From the NCBI GenBank assembly GCA_965200965.1, contig OZ241744.1:1536001-1600000 (forward strand): 64,000 bases of DNA. Direction: 5' to 3'. The notes beneath the pieces are model-generated. The model was not told where the DNA came from. It saw nothing but the letters and a program-made list of their open reading frames with translations, and searched no databases. A program made the position numbers and the translations under genes. Each line of letters starts with the position of its first letter. Within the stretch, counting starts at the first letter, position 1. The DNA comes from an uncultured Candidatus Binatia bacterium (lineage in GTDB: Bacteria > Desulfobacterota > Binatia > Bin18). Positions 41,889 through 51,563 of this stretch are shown here, in pieces.

Positions 41889-42674
41889 ATGGAATGGGAC
41901 ACCCTTCGTTTTGAGACAGCCGAACGCGACGAGCGGGTCGGCCTGCTGGTTCTTGACCGCCCGGCGGTCCTCAACGCCGTCAACGCTCAGCTCATTGCCG
42001 ACTTCCAAGAGGCGTGTGAGGCGCTGCAATGTGCCCCGGGCCTGCGCGTCATCGTCCTCAAAGCCGAGGGCCGCGGCTTCTGCTCAGGCATGGACCTGCT
42101 GGCCGCCGCCCACAGGCCGAGCGACAACGACGCCCTCCGGACGGTCTGGGCACCCTGGGGCCAAGCGCTCAATACGCTTGAGGGGCTTGACCAACTGACT
42201 ATTGCAGCCATACACGGGCCGTGTCTGGGAGCCGGCATGGAACTGGCGTTAGCCTGCGATTTTCGGATTGCGACGAGCTCGGCCTTTTTTGCCCTGCCCC
42301 AGGTCTTATACGGCACACCGCCCGATGTCGGCCAGCCCTACCGGCTGCCCCGGCTGATCGGCTTGGCCAAGGCCAAAGAAATTGTGCTGCTGGGTCAGCG
42401 TTTCAGCGCTGCCGAGGCCGAGCGCTGGGGTCTGCTGACACGGCTGGTTGAGCCTGGAGACCTGGAGGCCGAAACGGACGCGCTGCTTGACCGCTGCCTC
42501 CGCTTGGGCGGCAAAGCCGCGGCGGGGGCCAAGCAGATCTTACACCGTGCTTGGGAATTGGACGCCGAGGCCCTGGCCGGCGCAATCCATCACGCCCGGG
42601 CTGCGGCCCTGGAGGACGGGGCCTTTGACGCCTCGCTCGAAGTCTACCGTGAGCAGCGCAAACCGCAGGTCTGA
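41889..42674 (+). CDS. Enoyl-CoA hydratase/isomerase family protein
   Basis: LDRPAVLNAV, FCSGMDL and IAAIHGPCLGAGMELALACDFRIA; start MEWDTL. Confidence 0.88.
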   Translation: MEWDTLRFETAERDERVGLLVLDRPAVLNAVNAQLIADFQEACEALQCAPGLRVIVLKAEGRGFCSGMDLLAAAHRPSDNDALRTVWAPWGQALNTLEGLDQLTIAAIHGPCLGAGMELALACDFRIATSSAFFALPQVLYGTPPDVGQPYRLPRLIGLAKAKEIVLLGQRFSAAEAERWGLLTRLVEPGDLEAETDALLDRCLRLGGKAAAGAKQILHRAWELDAEALAGAIHHARAAALEDGAFDASLEVYREQRKPQV

Positions 42675-42799
42675 TGCGGGCCGCCGCAAAAAGAGAGAAG
42701 AAGCGTCAGGCGTGTGAGAGTCCTGGCTGATGAGAATAGGGAGGAATAAACCGAAATGCGAGAGTCTTGTTCGTTCTCGCCCACAGGCAATGATAGTGG

Positions 42800-43702
42800 C
42801 TAGGAGGGCGCTTCGGCCAGAGATCGAGCACAGGAGACAAGCTCGTCTAGTCTGGCTAACACGGTCTTAAGATCAAGACAGCCACCGTTACACCCGGTGG
42901 ATGCAGCGATGTCGAGTCCCATCTTGTCAAGGAGCGATGCGTAGGCTTCGACTTGGGCGTGATGATCCGGCAGATATTTCTCAAGCCACGCTTTAGACGG
43001 AAAATTGACTGTCTTCTGTCCTGACCGACCTGAAATGTTCAAGATAAAAACCGTCCTTTTTTGCGCTACTCCACTGTATACGCGCAGCGAGAAGCCCTGG
43101 TTGTCGGGTGTACTGGTCGTGTCGGCCTTCAGACAGCCGACTCGTGGGGGCTTTGATCTGAGGTCAAACCGAAGCCTGTCACCGAGCCGTTCGCTTAGCC
43201 CTTTCACCAACTGGTGGTCCCGCATCTCATCGGACACCGCGGCCCTTCCTGTTGACCCCGAGTGTCCCCCCAACCCTTCCCGAATTAGTTTGCTCAGGTA
43301 GCCTACATTCACTTGTGTCTGTGGTGAAAGGTCTTTCTGACAGTCCAGGCGGGCAGCAATTTCCTCGAGGCTCAGATCGCCGTCATCGCTGCGTTTACCC
43401 CATACCGTTTTTACCGGCTCGGAGTACCGTTTCCGGTAATCTTCAGCTTGGCCCGGGTTGGTTCCGAGTTCCACCTCAAGCCGCGCCAGTGGACGGCCAT
43501 CGCCCGCTACGACCTTCAAGTCGGGGCGGGCACCTTCAGCGTCGCGCGGCGGGTACACGATGGCATCGCTCTGAAGGTTTAACTCCTTCAGGAACCATTC
43601 ACGAAACCAATCCGGCGGCATCAGTCCGAAGATCGCGATGTTAATCCGGTTCTCCGGCTTGCTGAGGTCCTCGTTTACGAACATGTCATCGGCGCACAAC
43701 AT
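42800..43702 (-). CDS. Hypothetical protein with a PD-(D/E)XK-like N-terminal domain
   Basis: E...RPDL...LEVELG..QAEDY pattern; AGGAG SD before MLCADD; composition differs from the flanks. Confidence 0.55.
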   Translation of the reverse strand: MLCADDMFVNEDLSKPENRINIAIFGLMPPDWFREWFLKELNLQSDAIVYPPRDAEGARPDLKVVAGDGRPLARLEVELGTNPGQAEDYRKRYSEPVKTVWGKRSDDGDLSLEEIAARLDCQKDLSPQTQVNVGYLSKLIREGLGGHSGSTGRAAVSDEMRDHQLVKGLSERLGDRLRFDLRSKPPRVGCLKADTTSTPDNQGFSLRVYSGVAQKRTVFILNISGRSGQKTVNFPSKAWLEKYLPDHHAQVEAYASLLDKMGLDIAASTGCNGGCLDLKTVLARLDELVSCARSLAEAPS

Positions 43703-43840
43703 TTCAGTTCTCCTGGTGGCCCTTGACAAATTTGCTCCACCAAGCTGTCCGGTGAGGCATGGCCTGTCAAGTTAGGGTATATCAGGGATTCCTGATGAGG
43801 TGAGACACTGAAGCACGAATGAGCAAAGGAGGGCTGTCGA

Positions 43841-44191
43841 ATGCACCTTGCTACTCCCGCTGTTACCTTAATAACTATAACACTCGTTATAGGCGGATGT
43901 AGCGGATTGCCTGAAGTGCCCGGATGCGCCGACGATTCCGCAAAAAAGAGTGTGATAAATATTGTCAAACGCAGTGAGGAAGCTCCGGCGGATGAATTCA
44001 GGTTTGAGCTCGACTATATAAAAGTGACGGATCGCAATGAACGAACTGGTGCGTATTCTTGTGATGCGCAGTTGTACATCGCCTCTCGTGATGAAAGAAT
44101 ACGCTATGGCAACATAGAGTACACGATTAGCGAGTCGGCGGAGGACAGTAGCCGGTTCATTGTCGAAGTTAATGTGACACATCGTCGATGA
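43841..44191 (+). CDS. Putative small lipoprotein
   Basis: Hydrophobic leader ending IGGC (Cys20), AAGGAGG SD, two further Cys in the mature part; lower GC. Confidence 0.65.
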   Translation: MHLATPAVTLITITLVIGGCSGLPEVPGCADDSAKKSVINIVKRSEEAPADEFRFELDYIKVTDRNERTGAYSCDAQLYIASRDERIRYGNIEYTISESAEDSSRFIVEVNVTHRR

Positions 44192-44318
44192 GACGAACGA
44201 AATTTGACGGGAAAGCTGCGGAGGTGGACAATTAGCTCAAGCGCGACGAGCTTGTTGCCCTCAATCATATCAGTCGGACCGGCCATATTGGCCCCCTTGT
44301 GCCGGATACTCCTGTCGC

Positions 44319-47300
44319 TCAACCGACCGGAGCCTGCATATACTCCCGCAGATGGCGGGCGGTATGCGACCGCTGGCCCTGGCGCACTATGTCGTGGGGC
44401 GGGCCGCAGGCCACGACTTGGCCGCCGCCCTCGCCACCCTCTGGGCCGAGGTCAATGATGTAGTCGGCCTCTTTGATGATGTCGAGGTTGTGTTCAATGG
44501 TGACGACGGTATTGCCCTTGTCCACGAGGCGGTGCAGGGTTGTGATCAGCTTCTCGATATCGGCAAAGTGTAGTCCTGTGGTCGGCTCGTCCAGGACGTA
44601 CAGGGTCTTGCCCCGGGACTCTTTGGCCAACTCGTAGGCGAGCTTGATGCGCTGGGCCTCGCCTCCAGACAAGCTGTTGCTAGCCTGGCCGAGGGTGATG
44701 TAGCCCATGCCGATATCGTCAAGCAGGCGTAGCGGGCCGGCAATTTTTGGCACGCCCAGGAAAAAGGTGGCCGCGTCTTCAATAGTCATGGCCAGGACAT
44801 TGGCAATGCTCTTGCCGTTATAGGCAATCTCCAGCGTCTCTTCGTTGTAGCGCTGTCCGCCACACAGCTCGCAGTCAACATACACATCGGGCAGAAAGCT
44901 CATCTCCATCTTGAGCCGGCCCTGACCGGCGCAGGCCTCACACCGCCCGCCCTTGACGTTGAACGAGAAGCGACCCGGCTTATAGCCCCGCAGGCGGGAT
45001 TCGGGCAGCATGGAGAACAGCTTGCGGACCTCATCCCACAGCCCGACATACGAGGCCGGCACCGATCGGGGCGTTTTCCCAATCGGCGTCTGATCGACCT
45101 CAACCACCCGTTCAATAGGCTCGGCCCCCTCAATCCGGTCGTGCGCACCCGGCCGGCCGACAAACCGGCCCATCTGTTTTCTGAGGCCCTTGACCAGCAC
45201 TTCCTGGATCAGCGAGCTTTTGCCCGAGCCCGAGACGCCGGTCATGCATACCCAGGTGCCGATCGGCAGCTCTACATCTATATTCTGCAGGTTGTGCTCG
45301 CGCGCCCCCCGAATGCGCAGACGAGGTCGGCCATCCAGCGAGCGGACCGGCCCGAGCCGCGGGTGGGCGACCTGCAAGAACTGCCCGGTCGGCGAATCGG
45401 GGTTGTGGCGCAACTCGTGCGGCGCACCGATTGCCACCACCTTGCCACCGTGCGTGCCGGCCCCCGGCCCGAGGTCAATCACCACATCGGCCTTGGCAAT
45501 TGTCTGTTCGTCGTGCTCAACCACCAGCACGGTATTGCCCCGCTCTTGCAGGCCGCGCAGGGTTGTCAGCAGGCGCTCGTTATCGCGCGGATGGAGGCCG
45601 ATGGTAGGCTCATCCAGGATGTAGCACACGCCGCGCAGATTCGAGCCGAGCTGGGCGGCCAGACGGATGCGCTGGGCCTCGCCGCCGGACAGGGTGTCGG
45701 CCCGGCGGTCAAGGGCCAGATAGGACAGGCCGACTTCCATGAGGAAAGACAGGCGGGGGATGATCTCCTTGAGAATCGACTCACCAATCAAACGATCACG
45801 GCCGGCCAGGAGCAGCTCGGCCATATGCCGCAGACAGTCGGCCACCGGCAGCCGCATCAGCTGCCAGATGGTCTTGCCCTTGACGTGGACGGCCCGGGCC
45901 CGGGCGTTGAGCCGGGTGCCGTCACAACTCGGACAGGCAGCCTGACTCAGAAACGGCGACAGGGCAAGGGCCGCCCCGTCGCCCTCGGCCAGAGCTGCGC
46001 TCAGGATATCGATCGTGCCTCGCAGTCCTTTGCCATTGCCGTGCAGGACAAGCCGGCGCTGTCGGTCGGTCAGCTTCCCGAAAGGCTTGTCCAGCGGCAC
46101 ACGGTGTTTTTTCAGACCGCGCAGCAGCCGTCCCCGCTCGCGCTTCAGGCCGACCTCGGCGAATGCTACGAGCGCGTCCTGCTGGAGTGACTTGTCGGGG
46201 TCGGGGACTAGCAACTGGGGGTCAAACTCCCACCCAAACCCCTGGCCGCCACACTCGGGACACGCCCCCTGGCGGCTGTTGAAGGAGAACATACGCGGGT
46301 CAAGCTCCTCATAGCCCAGACCGCACGGCACGCAGAAGAGTTTTTCGCTGTAGATGCGTTCGGTCTCACCGCCCACAATATGGACCGCGCCATTCCCCAT
46401 GCGCAGGGCGTCGTGGAGCAGGCTTTCAAGCTGCGCCGTCGTCCGCTCCAACGTAGTCTCGCCGACCGCAATCTCAATATCGTGCTCCTTAAAGCGAGCC
46501 AGACGCATGTCAGGCCGAATTTCGGCGAACTGGCCGTCAATGCGGGCCTGTAGAAAACCCAGCTTGCGCGCGCCGGCCAGGACATCTTTATGAAACCCCT
46601 TGCGGCCGCGCACGACCGGGGCCAGAACGGCGACCTGCTGCCCGCTCCAGTCAGTCTGTACCAATTCAAGAATCTGGCTCCGGCTCTGGGCTGACAGCGC
46701 TTGGCCGCAGGCCACACAGTGCTGCACGCCTATCTTGGCGTACAGCAGCCTGAGATAGTGCGAGATCTCGGTCACGGTGGCCACCGTCGAGTTCCGCCCG
46801 CCCCGGCTCATCCGCTGTTCAATCGCCACCGTGGGTGGAATCCCGGTCAGCAGGTCAACGTTCGGTTTGGCCAGGACCTTGATGAACTGGCGCGAATAGG
46901 CCGACAGGCTGTCAATATAGCGACGCTGTCCTTCGGCGTACACAATGTCAAACACCAGCGTAGACTTGCCCGAGCCGGACAGCCCGGTGACCACAATCAT
47001 CTCCTCCCGGGGAATATCAACCGAGACATCCCGAAGATTATGCTCTTTGGCCCCCACCACACAGATAGCCGAACGGTGTCTCGGAGCTTTCTCAGGTTTT
47101 ACCCTTTGCCTTTTGCTCTCTGCACCGCGCCCTGTGCCCTTTGCCTTCTGCCCCCGCTTCGCTTCTCTCAACACCCGGCCCAGATACCGCCCGGTATGCG
47201 ACCGCTTGACCCGCGCTACCACCTCTGGCGTCCCCTGCGCTACCACCTCACCGCCCCCGTCTCCGCCCTCCGGACCAAGGTCAATGATATGGTCGGCGCA

Positions 47301-49964
47301 CTTGAGCACATCCAGGTTATGTTCAATGATGAGGACCGAATGCCCCCGTTCCACCAGACGCTCAAACGCAGCCAGGAGCTTCTGGATATCGGCAAAGTGC
47401 AGGCCGGTCGTCGGCTCGTCAAAGATGAACAGGGTCTTGCCCGGCCGGTCGGCGTGGAGCTTTTCGCGGCCAATATGGGCAGCCAGCTTCAGGCGCTGGG
47501 CTTCTCCACCCGACAGGGTCGTCAAGGACTGGCCCAAACGTACATAGTCAAGGCCGACCGCGGCCAGAGACGCCAGCCGGCGCTGCAACTCGGCCTGACC
47601 GGCAAAAAACGTGAGTGCCTCGTTGACCGTCATGGCCATCATGTCGGTCAGGTTCTTGCCCTGATAGCGGACCTCCAGGACCTCGGCCCGAAAACGCCGG
47701 CCCTGGCACTCTGGACACGGTACATACACGTCGGACAAAAACTGCATCTCGACCTTTTCAAAGCCCTCGCCCTTGCAGGTCTCACAGCGGCCGCCCTCAA
47801 CGTTGAAGGAAAAGGTGCCGGTGGTATAGCCGCGCAGCCTGGCCAACTCGGTAGCGGCCAACAGCCGCCGCAGGGGCTCAAAGGCCCGCGTATAGGTCAG
47901 CAGATTCGCCCGCGGCGTTGTCCCGATCTGGCTCTGGTCAACGAAAATCACGTCGGCCAAGTGCTCAGTCCCCACCACATCCTGACACTGGCCGGGAAGC
48001 CCGACCGACTCGCCCCAACGCTTTTTCAGCCCTCGGTACAACACGTCTTCGGCCAGGGTTGATTTGCCCGAGCCCGACACCCCGGTTAGACATACCATAC
48101 AGCCCAGCGGAATTGCGACATCAATGTCTTTCAGGTTATGCGCCACGGCCTTGACAATGGTCAGCGTCTGGTCCGTCACTCGGCGCGTTTGGGGGACCGG
48201 GATACTCAGCCGCTGGGACAGATAGTGGCCGGTCAGCGACCGTTTGTCAGCCAGCATCTTTTCATACGGCCCGGAGAAGACAATCTGTCCGCCCTGCTCA
48301 CCAGCCAGCGGCCCCAGATCAAGAATATGATCGGCCTCTTTGATGATCTCCGGGTCGTGCTCAACCACCACCACCGTATTGCCGTTGTCGCGCAGATTTT
48401 GCAGGATGCGGACCAGTCGGTGGCTGTCGCGCGGGTGCAGACCGATTGAGGGTTCATCCAGAATATACAAGGTATTGACCAGAGCCGAGCCGAGGGCAGT
48501 GGTCAGATCGACCCGCTCCAGCTCCCCGCCGGACAGGGTTCGGGACTGCCGGTCCAGGGTCAGGTATTCAACGCCGACCTCGACCAGATAACGCAGCCGC
48601 TTACGGATCTCGGCCAGGATGAGTCGGGCGACCTGATCCTGAAAGGCCGACAGCCGCAGGCCCTCAAAAAACCGCGCACACGCGCCCACACTGAGCAGGT
48701 TGATCTCCGCCAGCGTCTTCCCCCCAACCCGGTACAGCAGAGATTCGGGTTTGAGGCGGCCGCCGTGACAGGCGTCACATGTAAAATAGCCCCGATAGCG
48801 GGCCAGGAACACCCGGACGTGCATCTTATAGGTTTTGATCTCCAACCACTGAAACCAGCCCCGCACCCCGTAATACTCGCCGTCACCGTCCAGGATCAGT
48901 CCGTGTTGCTCAGGGCTGAGGTCTCGCCAGGCGACGGTGCTGGGGATGCCTCGACGTTTGCAGAACGCAAACAACTCGCGCCGCTCCCACTGGGCGGCCT
49001 TAATCCGCCACGGCTTGATGGCACCGTCTTTGAGCGACAGGCTGGAGTCAGGGACGACCAACTCCAGGTCAAGATCAATCGTGCGGCCAAAGCCCTTGCA
49101 TTTCTCGCACGCGCCGAGCGGACTGTTGAACGAGAACAGGTTGGGGACCGGCTCCTTATACACAATCTGACACGCCGCGCACTCCAGCCGGTTGGAAAAC
49201 GCTTGTTCGGCCTGCTCAGCATCTGGAAAGACGAGGCCCAGCCGTCCCTTGCCGTACTGAAACGCCTGCTCCAGCGAATCATGGGTCCGTTTTTTGTTGC
49301 GCGGTCTGAGGATCAGGCGGTCAACCAGCACAGTGCAGTGTTCCTGCCCGGCCAGCCCCCCAGGCCGGGCGTCCAACTCCTGAATGTCCACGATTGTACC
49401 GGCCACAAGCAGGCGGTAGAACCCGGCCCGGACAAAGCCGTCACGGAGTTCGCTCCAGGCCAGCGTACTCGGCGCGGAGACGCGGAAGGTGACATAGAAG
49501 CGCGTGCCCTCAGGCCGCTGCTGGGACAGCTTTCTGAAAACCGACTCGGCAGAATCACGCTCAACCGGCTGGCCGCACCGACGGCAGTACAACACCCCAA
49601 CTTTGGCAAATAAGAGCTTGAGATGGTCGTGCAGTTCGGTCATCGTGCCAACGGTTGAGCGCGAGGTGCGGACCGGGCGGTTCTGGTCAATAGCAATAGC
49701 CGGCAGGATGCCCTCAATTTTCTCGACCTGCGGCTTATCCATGCGGTCCAGGAATTGACGAGCATAGGCTGAAAAGCTCTCAACGTAGCGGCGTTGTCCC
49801 TCGGCATACAGGATGTCAAAGGCCAAGCTCGACTTGCCCGAGCCACTCACCCCGGTGACGACGGTGAGCCGATTCAGGGGGATATCGATATCCAGATTTT
49901 TGAGATTGTTCTGGCGTGCGCCGCTAATCGCAATGCTGTTGCGCCGTGTCCCCCTGGTCTTCAC
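44319..49964 (-). CDS. uvrA: Double-length excinuclease ABC subunit A (tandem UvrA, four ABC domains)
   Basis: Two complete UvrA units, each with two Walker A motifs ([18 protein letters not shown]), AEGQRRY, FSFNS, FSFNV, zinc fingers and LSGGE; ~1880 aa. Confidence 0.95.
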   Translation of the reverse strand: MKTRGTRRNSIAISGARQNNLKNLDIDIPLNRLTVVTGVSGSGKSSLAFDILYAEGQRRYVESFSAYARQFLDRMDKPQVEKIEGILPAIAIDQNRPVRTSRSTVGTMTELHDHLKLLFAKVGVLYCRRCGQPVERDSAESVFRKLSQQRPEGTRFYVTFRVSAPSTLAWSELRDGFVRAGFYRLLVAGTIVDIQELDARPGGLAGQEHCTVLVDRLILRPRNKKRTHDSLEQAFQYGKGRLGLVFPDAEQAEQAFSNRLECAACQIVYKEPVPNLFSFNSPLGACEKCKGFGRTIDLDLELVVPDSSLSLKDGAIKPWRIKAAQWERRELFAFCKRRGIPSTVAWRDLSPEQHGLILDGDGEYYGVRGWFQWLEIKTYKMHVRVFLARYRGYFTCDACHGGRLKPESLLYRVGGKTLAEINLLSVGACARFFEGLRLSAFQDQVARLILAEIRKRLRYLVEVGVEYLTLDRQSRTLSGGELERVDLTTALGSALVNTLYILDEPSIGLHPRDSHRLVRILQNLRDNGNTVVVVEHDPEIIKEADHILDLGPLAGEQGGQIVFSGPYEKMLADKRSLTGHYLSQRLSIPVPQTRRVTDQTLTIVKAVAHNLKDIDVAIPLGCMVCLTGVSGSGKSTLAEDVLYRGLKKRWGESVGLPGQCQDVVGTEHLADVIFVDQSQIGTTPRANLLTYTRAFEPLRRLLAATELARLRGYTTGTFSFNVEGGRCETCKGEGFEKVEMQFLSDVYVPCPECQGRRFRAEVLEVRYQGKNLTDMMAMTVNEALTFFAGQAELQRRLASLAAVGLDYVRLGQSLTTLSGGEAQRLKLAAHIGREKLHADRPGKTLFIFDEPTTGLHFADIQKLLAAFERLVERGHSVLIIEHNLDVLKCADHIIDLGPEGGDGGGEVVAQGTPEVVARVKRSHTGRYLGRVLREAKRGQKAKGTGRGAESKRQRVKPEKAPRHRSAICVVGAKEHNLRDVSVDIPREEMIVVTGLSGSGKSTLVFDIVYAEGQRRYIDSLSAYSRQFIKVLAKPNVDLLTGIPPTVAIEQRMSRGGRNSTVATVTEISHYLRLLYAKIGVQHCVACGQALSAQSRSQILELVQTDWSGQQVAVLAPVVRGRKGFHKDVLAGARKLGFLQARIDGQFAEIRPDMRLARFKEHDIEIAVGETTLERTTAQLESLLHDALRMGNGAVHIVGGETERIYSEKLFCVPCGLGYEELDPRMFSFNSRQGACPECGGQGFGWEFDPQLLVPDPDKSLQQDALVAFAEVGLKRERGRLLRGLKKHRVPLDKPFGKLTDRQRRLVLHGNGKGLRGTIDILSAALAEGDGAALALSPFLSQAACPSCDGTRLNARARAVHVKGKTIWQLMRLPVADCLRHMAELLLAGRDRLIGESILKEIIPRLSFLMEVGLSYLALDRRADTLSGGEAQRIRLAAQLGSNLRGVCYILDEPTIGLHPRDNERLLTTLRGLQERGNTVLVVEHDEQTIAKADVVIDLGPGAGTHGGKVVAIGAPHELRHNPDSPTGQFLQVAHPRLGPVRSLDGRPRLRIRGAREHNLQNIDVELPIGTWVCMTGVSGSGKSSLIQEVLVKGLRKQMGRFVGRPGAHDRIEGAEPIERVVEVDQTPIGKTPRSVPASYVGLWDEVRKLFSMLPESRLRGYKPGRFSFNVKGGRCEACAGQGRLKMEMSFLPDVYVDCELCGGQRYNEETLEIAYNGKSIANVLAMTIEDAATFFLGVPKIAGPLRLLDDIGMGYITLGQASNSLSGGEAQRIKLAYELAKESRGKTLYVLDEPTTGLHFADIEKLITTLHRLVDKGNTVVTIEHNLDIIKEADYIIDLGPEGGEGGGQVVACGPPHDIVRQGQRSHTARHLREYMQAPVG
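47098..47153. repeat. Degenerate heptamer tandem repeat (8 x ~TTTGCCY) inside uvrA
   Basis: tttaccc tttgcct tttgctc tctgcac cgcgccc tgtgccc tttgcct tctgccc. Confidence 0.7.
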
Positions 49965-49988
49965 CCCCACCTCCCACAAAAGAAGTGT

Positions 49989-50016
49989 TCAGCGGTCTGC
50001 TATCAGCTTTCCGCTT
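49989..50016. repeat. Heptamer tandem repeat (4 x ~TCAGCTN) upstream of uvrA
   Basis: tcagcgg tctgcta tcagctt tccgctt. Confidence 0.5.
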
Positions 50017-50115
50017 GTCAGGTAAGGAGGGGCACTGCCGAGCCTGCCTGCTGAGGCGGCATATGCTAGGATGGCCAGCGGTTCTGTTCGGGGTCTCGGT
50101 GTCAGGAGGACGCAC

Positions 50116-51477
50116 ATGGTCACTGAGCTGTGGTTTGAGATAGTGTGTATTCTGGGCCTGATTATCGCCAACGGTTTTTTTTCCGGCTCGGAGATTGCGG
50201 TGGTTTCGGTCCGGCGGAGCCGCATTGAGCAGTTGGCCGAGGCCGGCGACCGGACGGCCCGCACGCTGGGACGCCTCAGAAACGATCCCGACCGTTTTCT
50301 GGCGACGGTCCAGATCGGGGTGACGCTGGTCAGCTCCCTGGCCTCGGCAATCGGGGGTGTATCGGCCGTGGCCTATCTCGCCCCGCTGTACGCCCAGAGT
50401 TCGCTGCCCATTGTAGCCGAGTCGAGCCAAGTCCTGGCCGTTGCTACGGTGGTGGTGGTGATCTCCTATCTGTCCCTGGTGCTGGGCGAGTTGGTGCCAA
50501 AATCGCTGGCGCTGCGCTACTCCGAGTCAACCGCCCGCTGGGTCGCCCGGCCCCTGGATTTTTTCTCCTGGCTGTTTACCGCCGGGGTCAAGCTGCTGAC
50601 CGCTTCAACCAACGGACTGCTGTACCTGACCGGCACCGGGGCCAAGGCGGCCGAGGCGGTCGTGTCCGAGGATGAGGTCAAGTACATCATCCGTGAAGGC
50701 GCGCAAAAAGGCGTCTTTGACGCCACCGAGCAGAAGTTTATCCAGAGCGTGTTTGATTTTGCCGACACCTCGGTCCGCGAGGTGATGACCCCCCGGACCG
50801 AAATCCAGGCCCTGAGCGTAGACACCTCCCCCCAGAACGCCCTGCAAGCCATGATCGAGAGCAGCTTCTCGCGCATGCCAATTTTTGAGGATGACCTTGA
50901 TCATGTTGTCGGAGTGGTCCACCTCAAGGAACTGTTGCGCGGGCGGGAGCAGGATTCCGCCTCCCTCCAGGGTTTTGTCCAGCCGAGCTATTTTGTGCCC
51001 GACTCCATGCAGATCAGCCACCTGCTGCGCGAACTCCAGCGTCGCCGCACCCAGATGGCCGTTGTCGTCAACGAGTTCGGCACAGTAGTCGGCATCGCCA
51101 CCATCGAAGACCTGCTTGAAGAGATTGTCGGCGAGATTCGGGACGAGTTCGATGTTGATGAAGCCCTGCCGGTCCAGGACCTCGGGCCGGGGGTCTGGCT
51201 CGTGGCCGGCGGGGTGATGCTGGACGACCTGCGGGACACCCCCGGCCTGCCAGTTGAGGAGACCAACGACTACCGGACCCTGGCTGGCTTTCTGCTGGCC
51301 CGGCTGGAGCGCATCCCCAAGGGCGGGGAGATCGTCCAGCACCAGGGCTACCGGATGACGATTGTCAACATGGACGGCCGGCGGATTGACAAGATCAAGG
51401 TCGAGAAACTGCCCGCCCCGGCCCGTGCCGCCGGACGACAGGCCAAACAGCCGACCGGGGCCAAGACAGGGCATTAG
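50116..51477 (+). CDS. HlyC/CorC (CNNM-CBS-CorC) family transporter
   Basis: NGFFSGSEIAVVS, FLATVQIGVT, GELVPK, CBS pair (VREVMTPR, FSRMPI, IEDLLEEIVGEIRDEFD) and a CorC domain. Confidence 0.92.
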   Translation: MVTELWFEIVCILGLIIANGFFSGSEIAVVSVRRSRIEQLAEAGDRTARTLGRLRNDPDRFLATVQIGVTLVSSLASAIGGVSAVAYLAPLYAQSSLPIVAESSQVLAVATVVVVISYLSLVLGELVPKSLALRYSESTARWVARPLDFFSWLFTAGVKLLTASTNGLLYLTGTGAKAAEAVVSEDEVKYIIREGAQKGVFDATEQKFIQSVFDFADTSVREVMTPRTEIQALSVDTSPQNALQAMIESSFSRMPIFEDDLDHVVGVVHLKELLRGREQDSASLQGFVQPSYFVPDSMQISHLLRELQRRRTQMAVVVNEFGTVVGIATIEDLLEEIVGEIRDEFDVDEALPVQDLGPGVWLVAGGVMLDDLRDTPGLPVEETNDYRTLAGFLLARLERIPKGGEIVQHQGYRMTIVNMDGRRIDKIKVEKLPAPARAAGRQAKQPTGAKTGH

Positions 51478-51563
51478 CCTGTCAGGTCTGGAGGTTCAGG
51501 CGGTTGACCGCCGCCTCGGTTTCGGATTATGAACAGGAATACCCTACAAAGGAGGGCGCGCCT

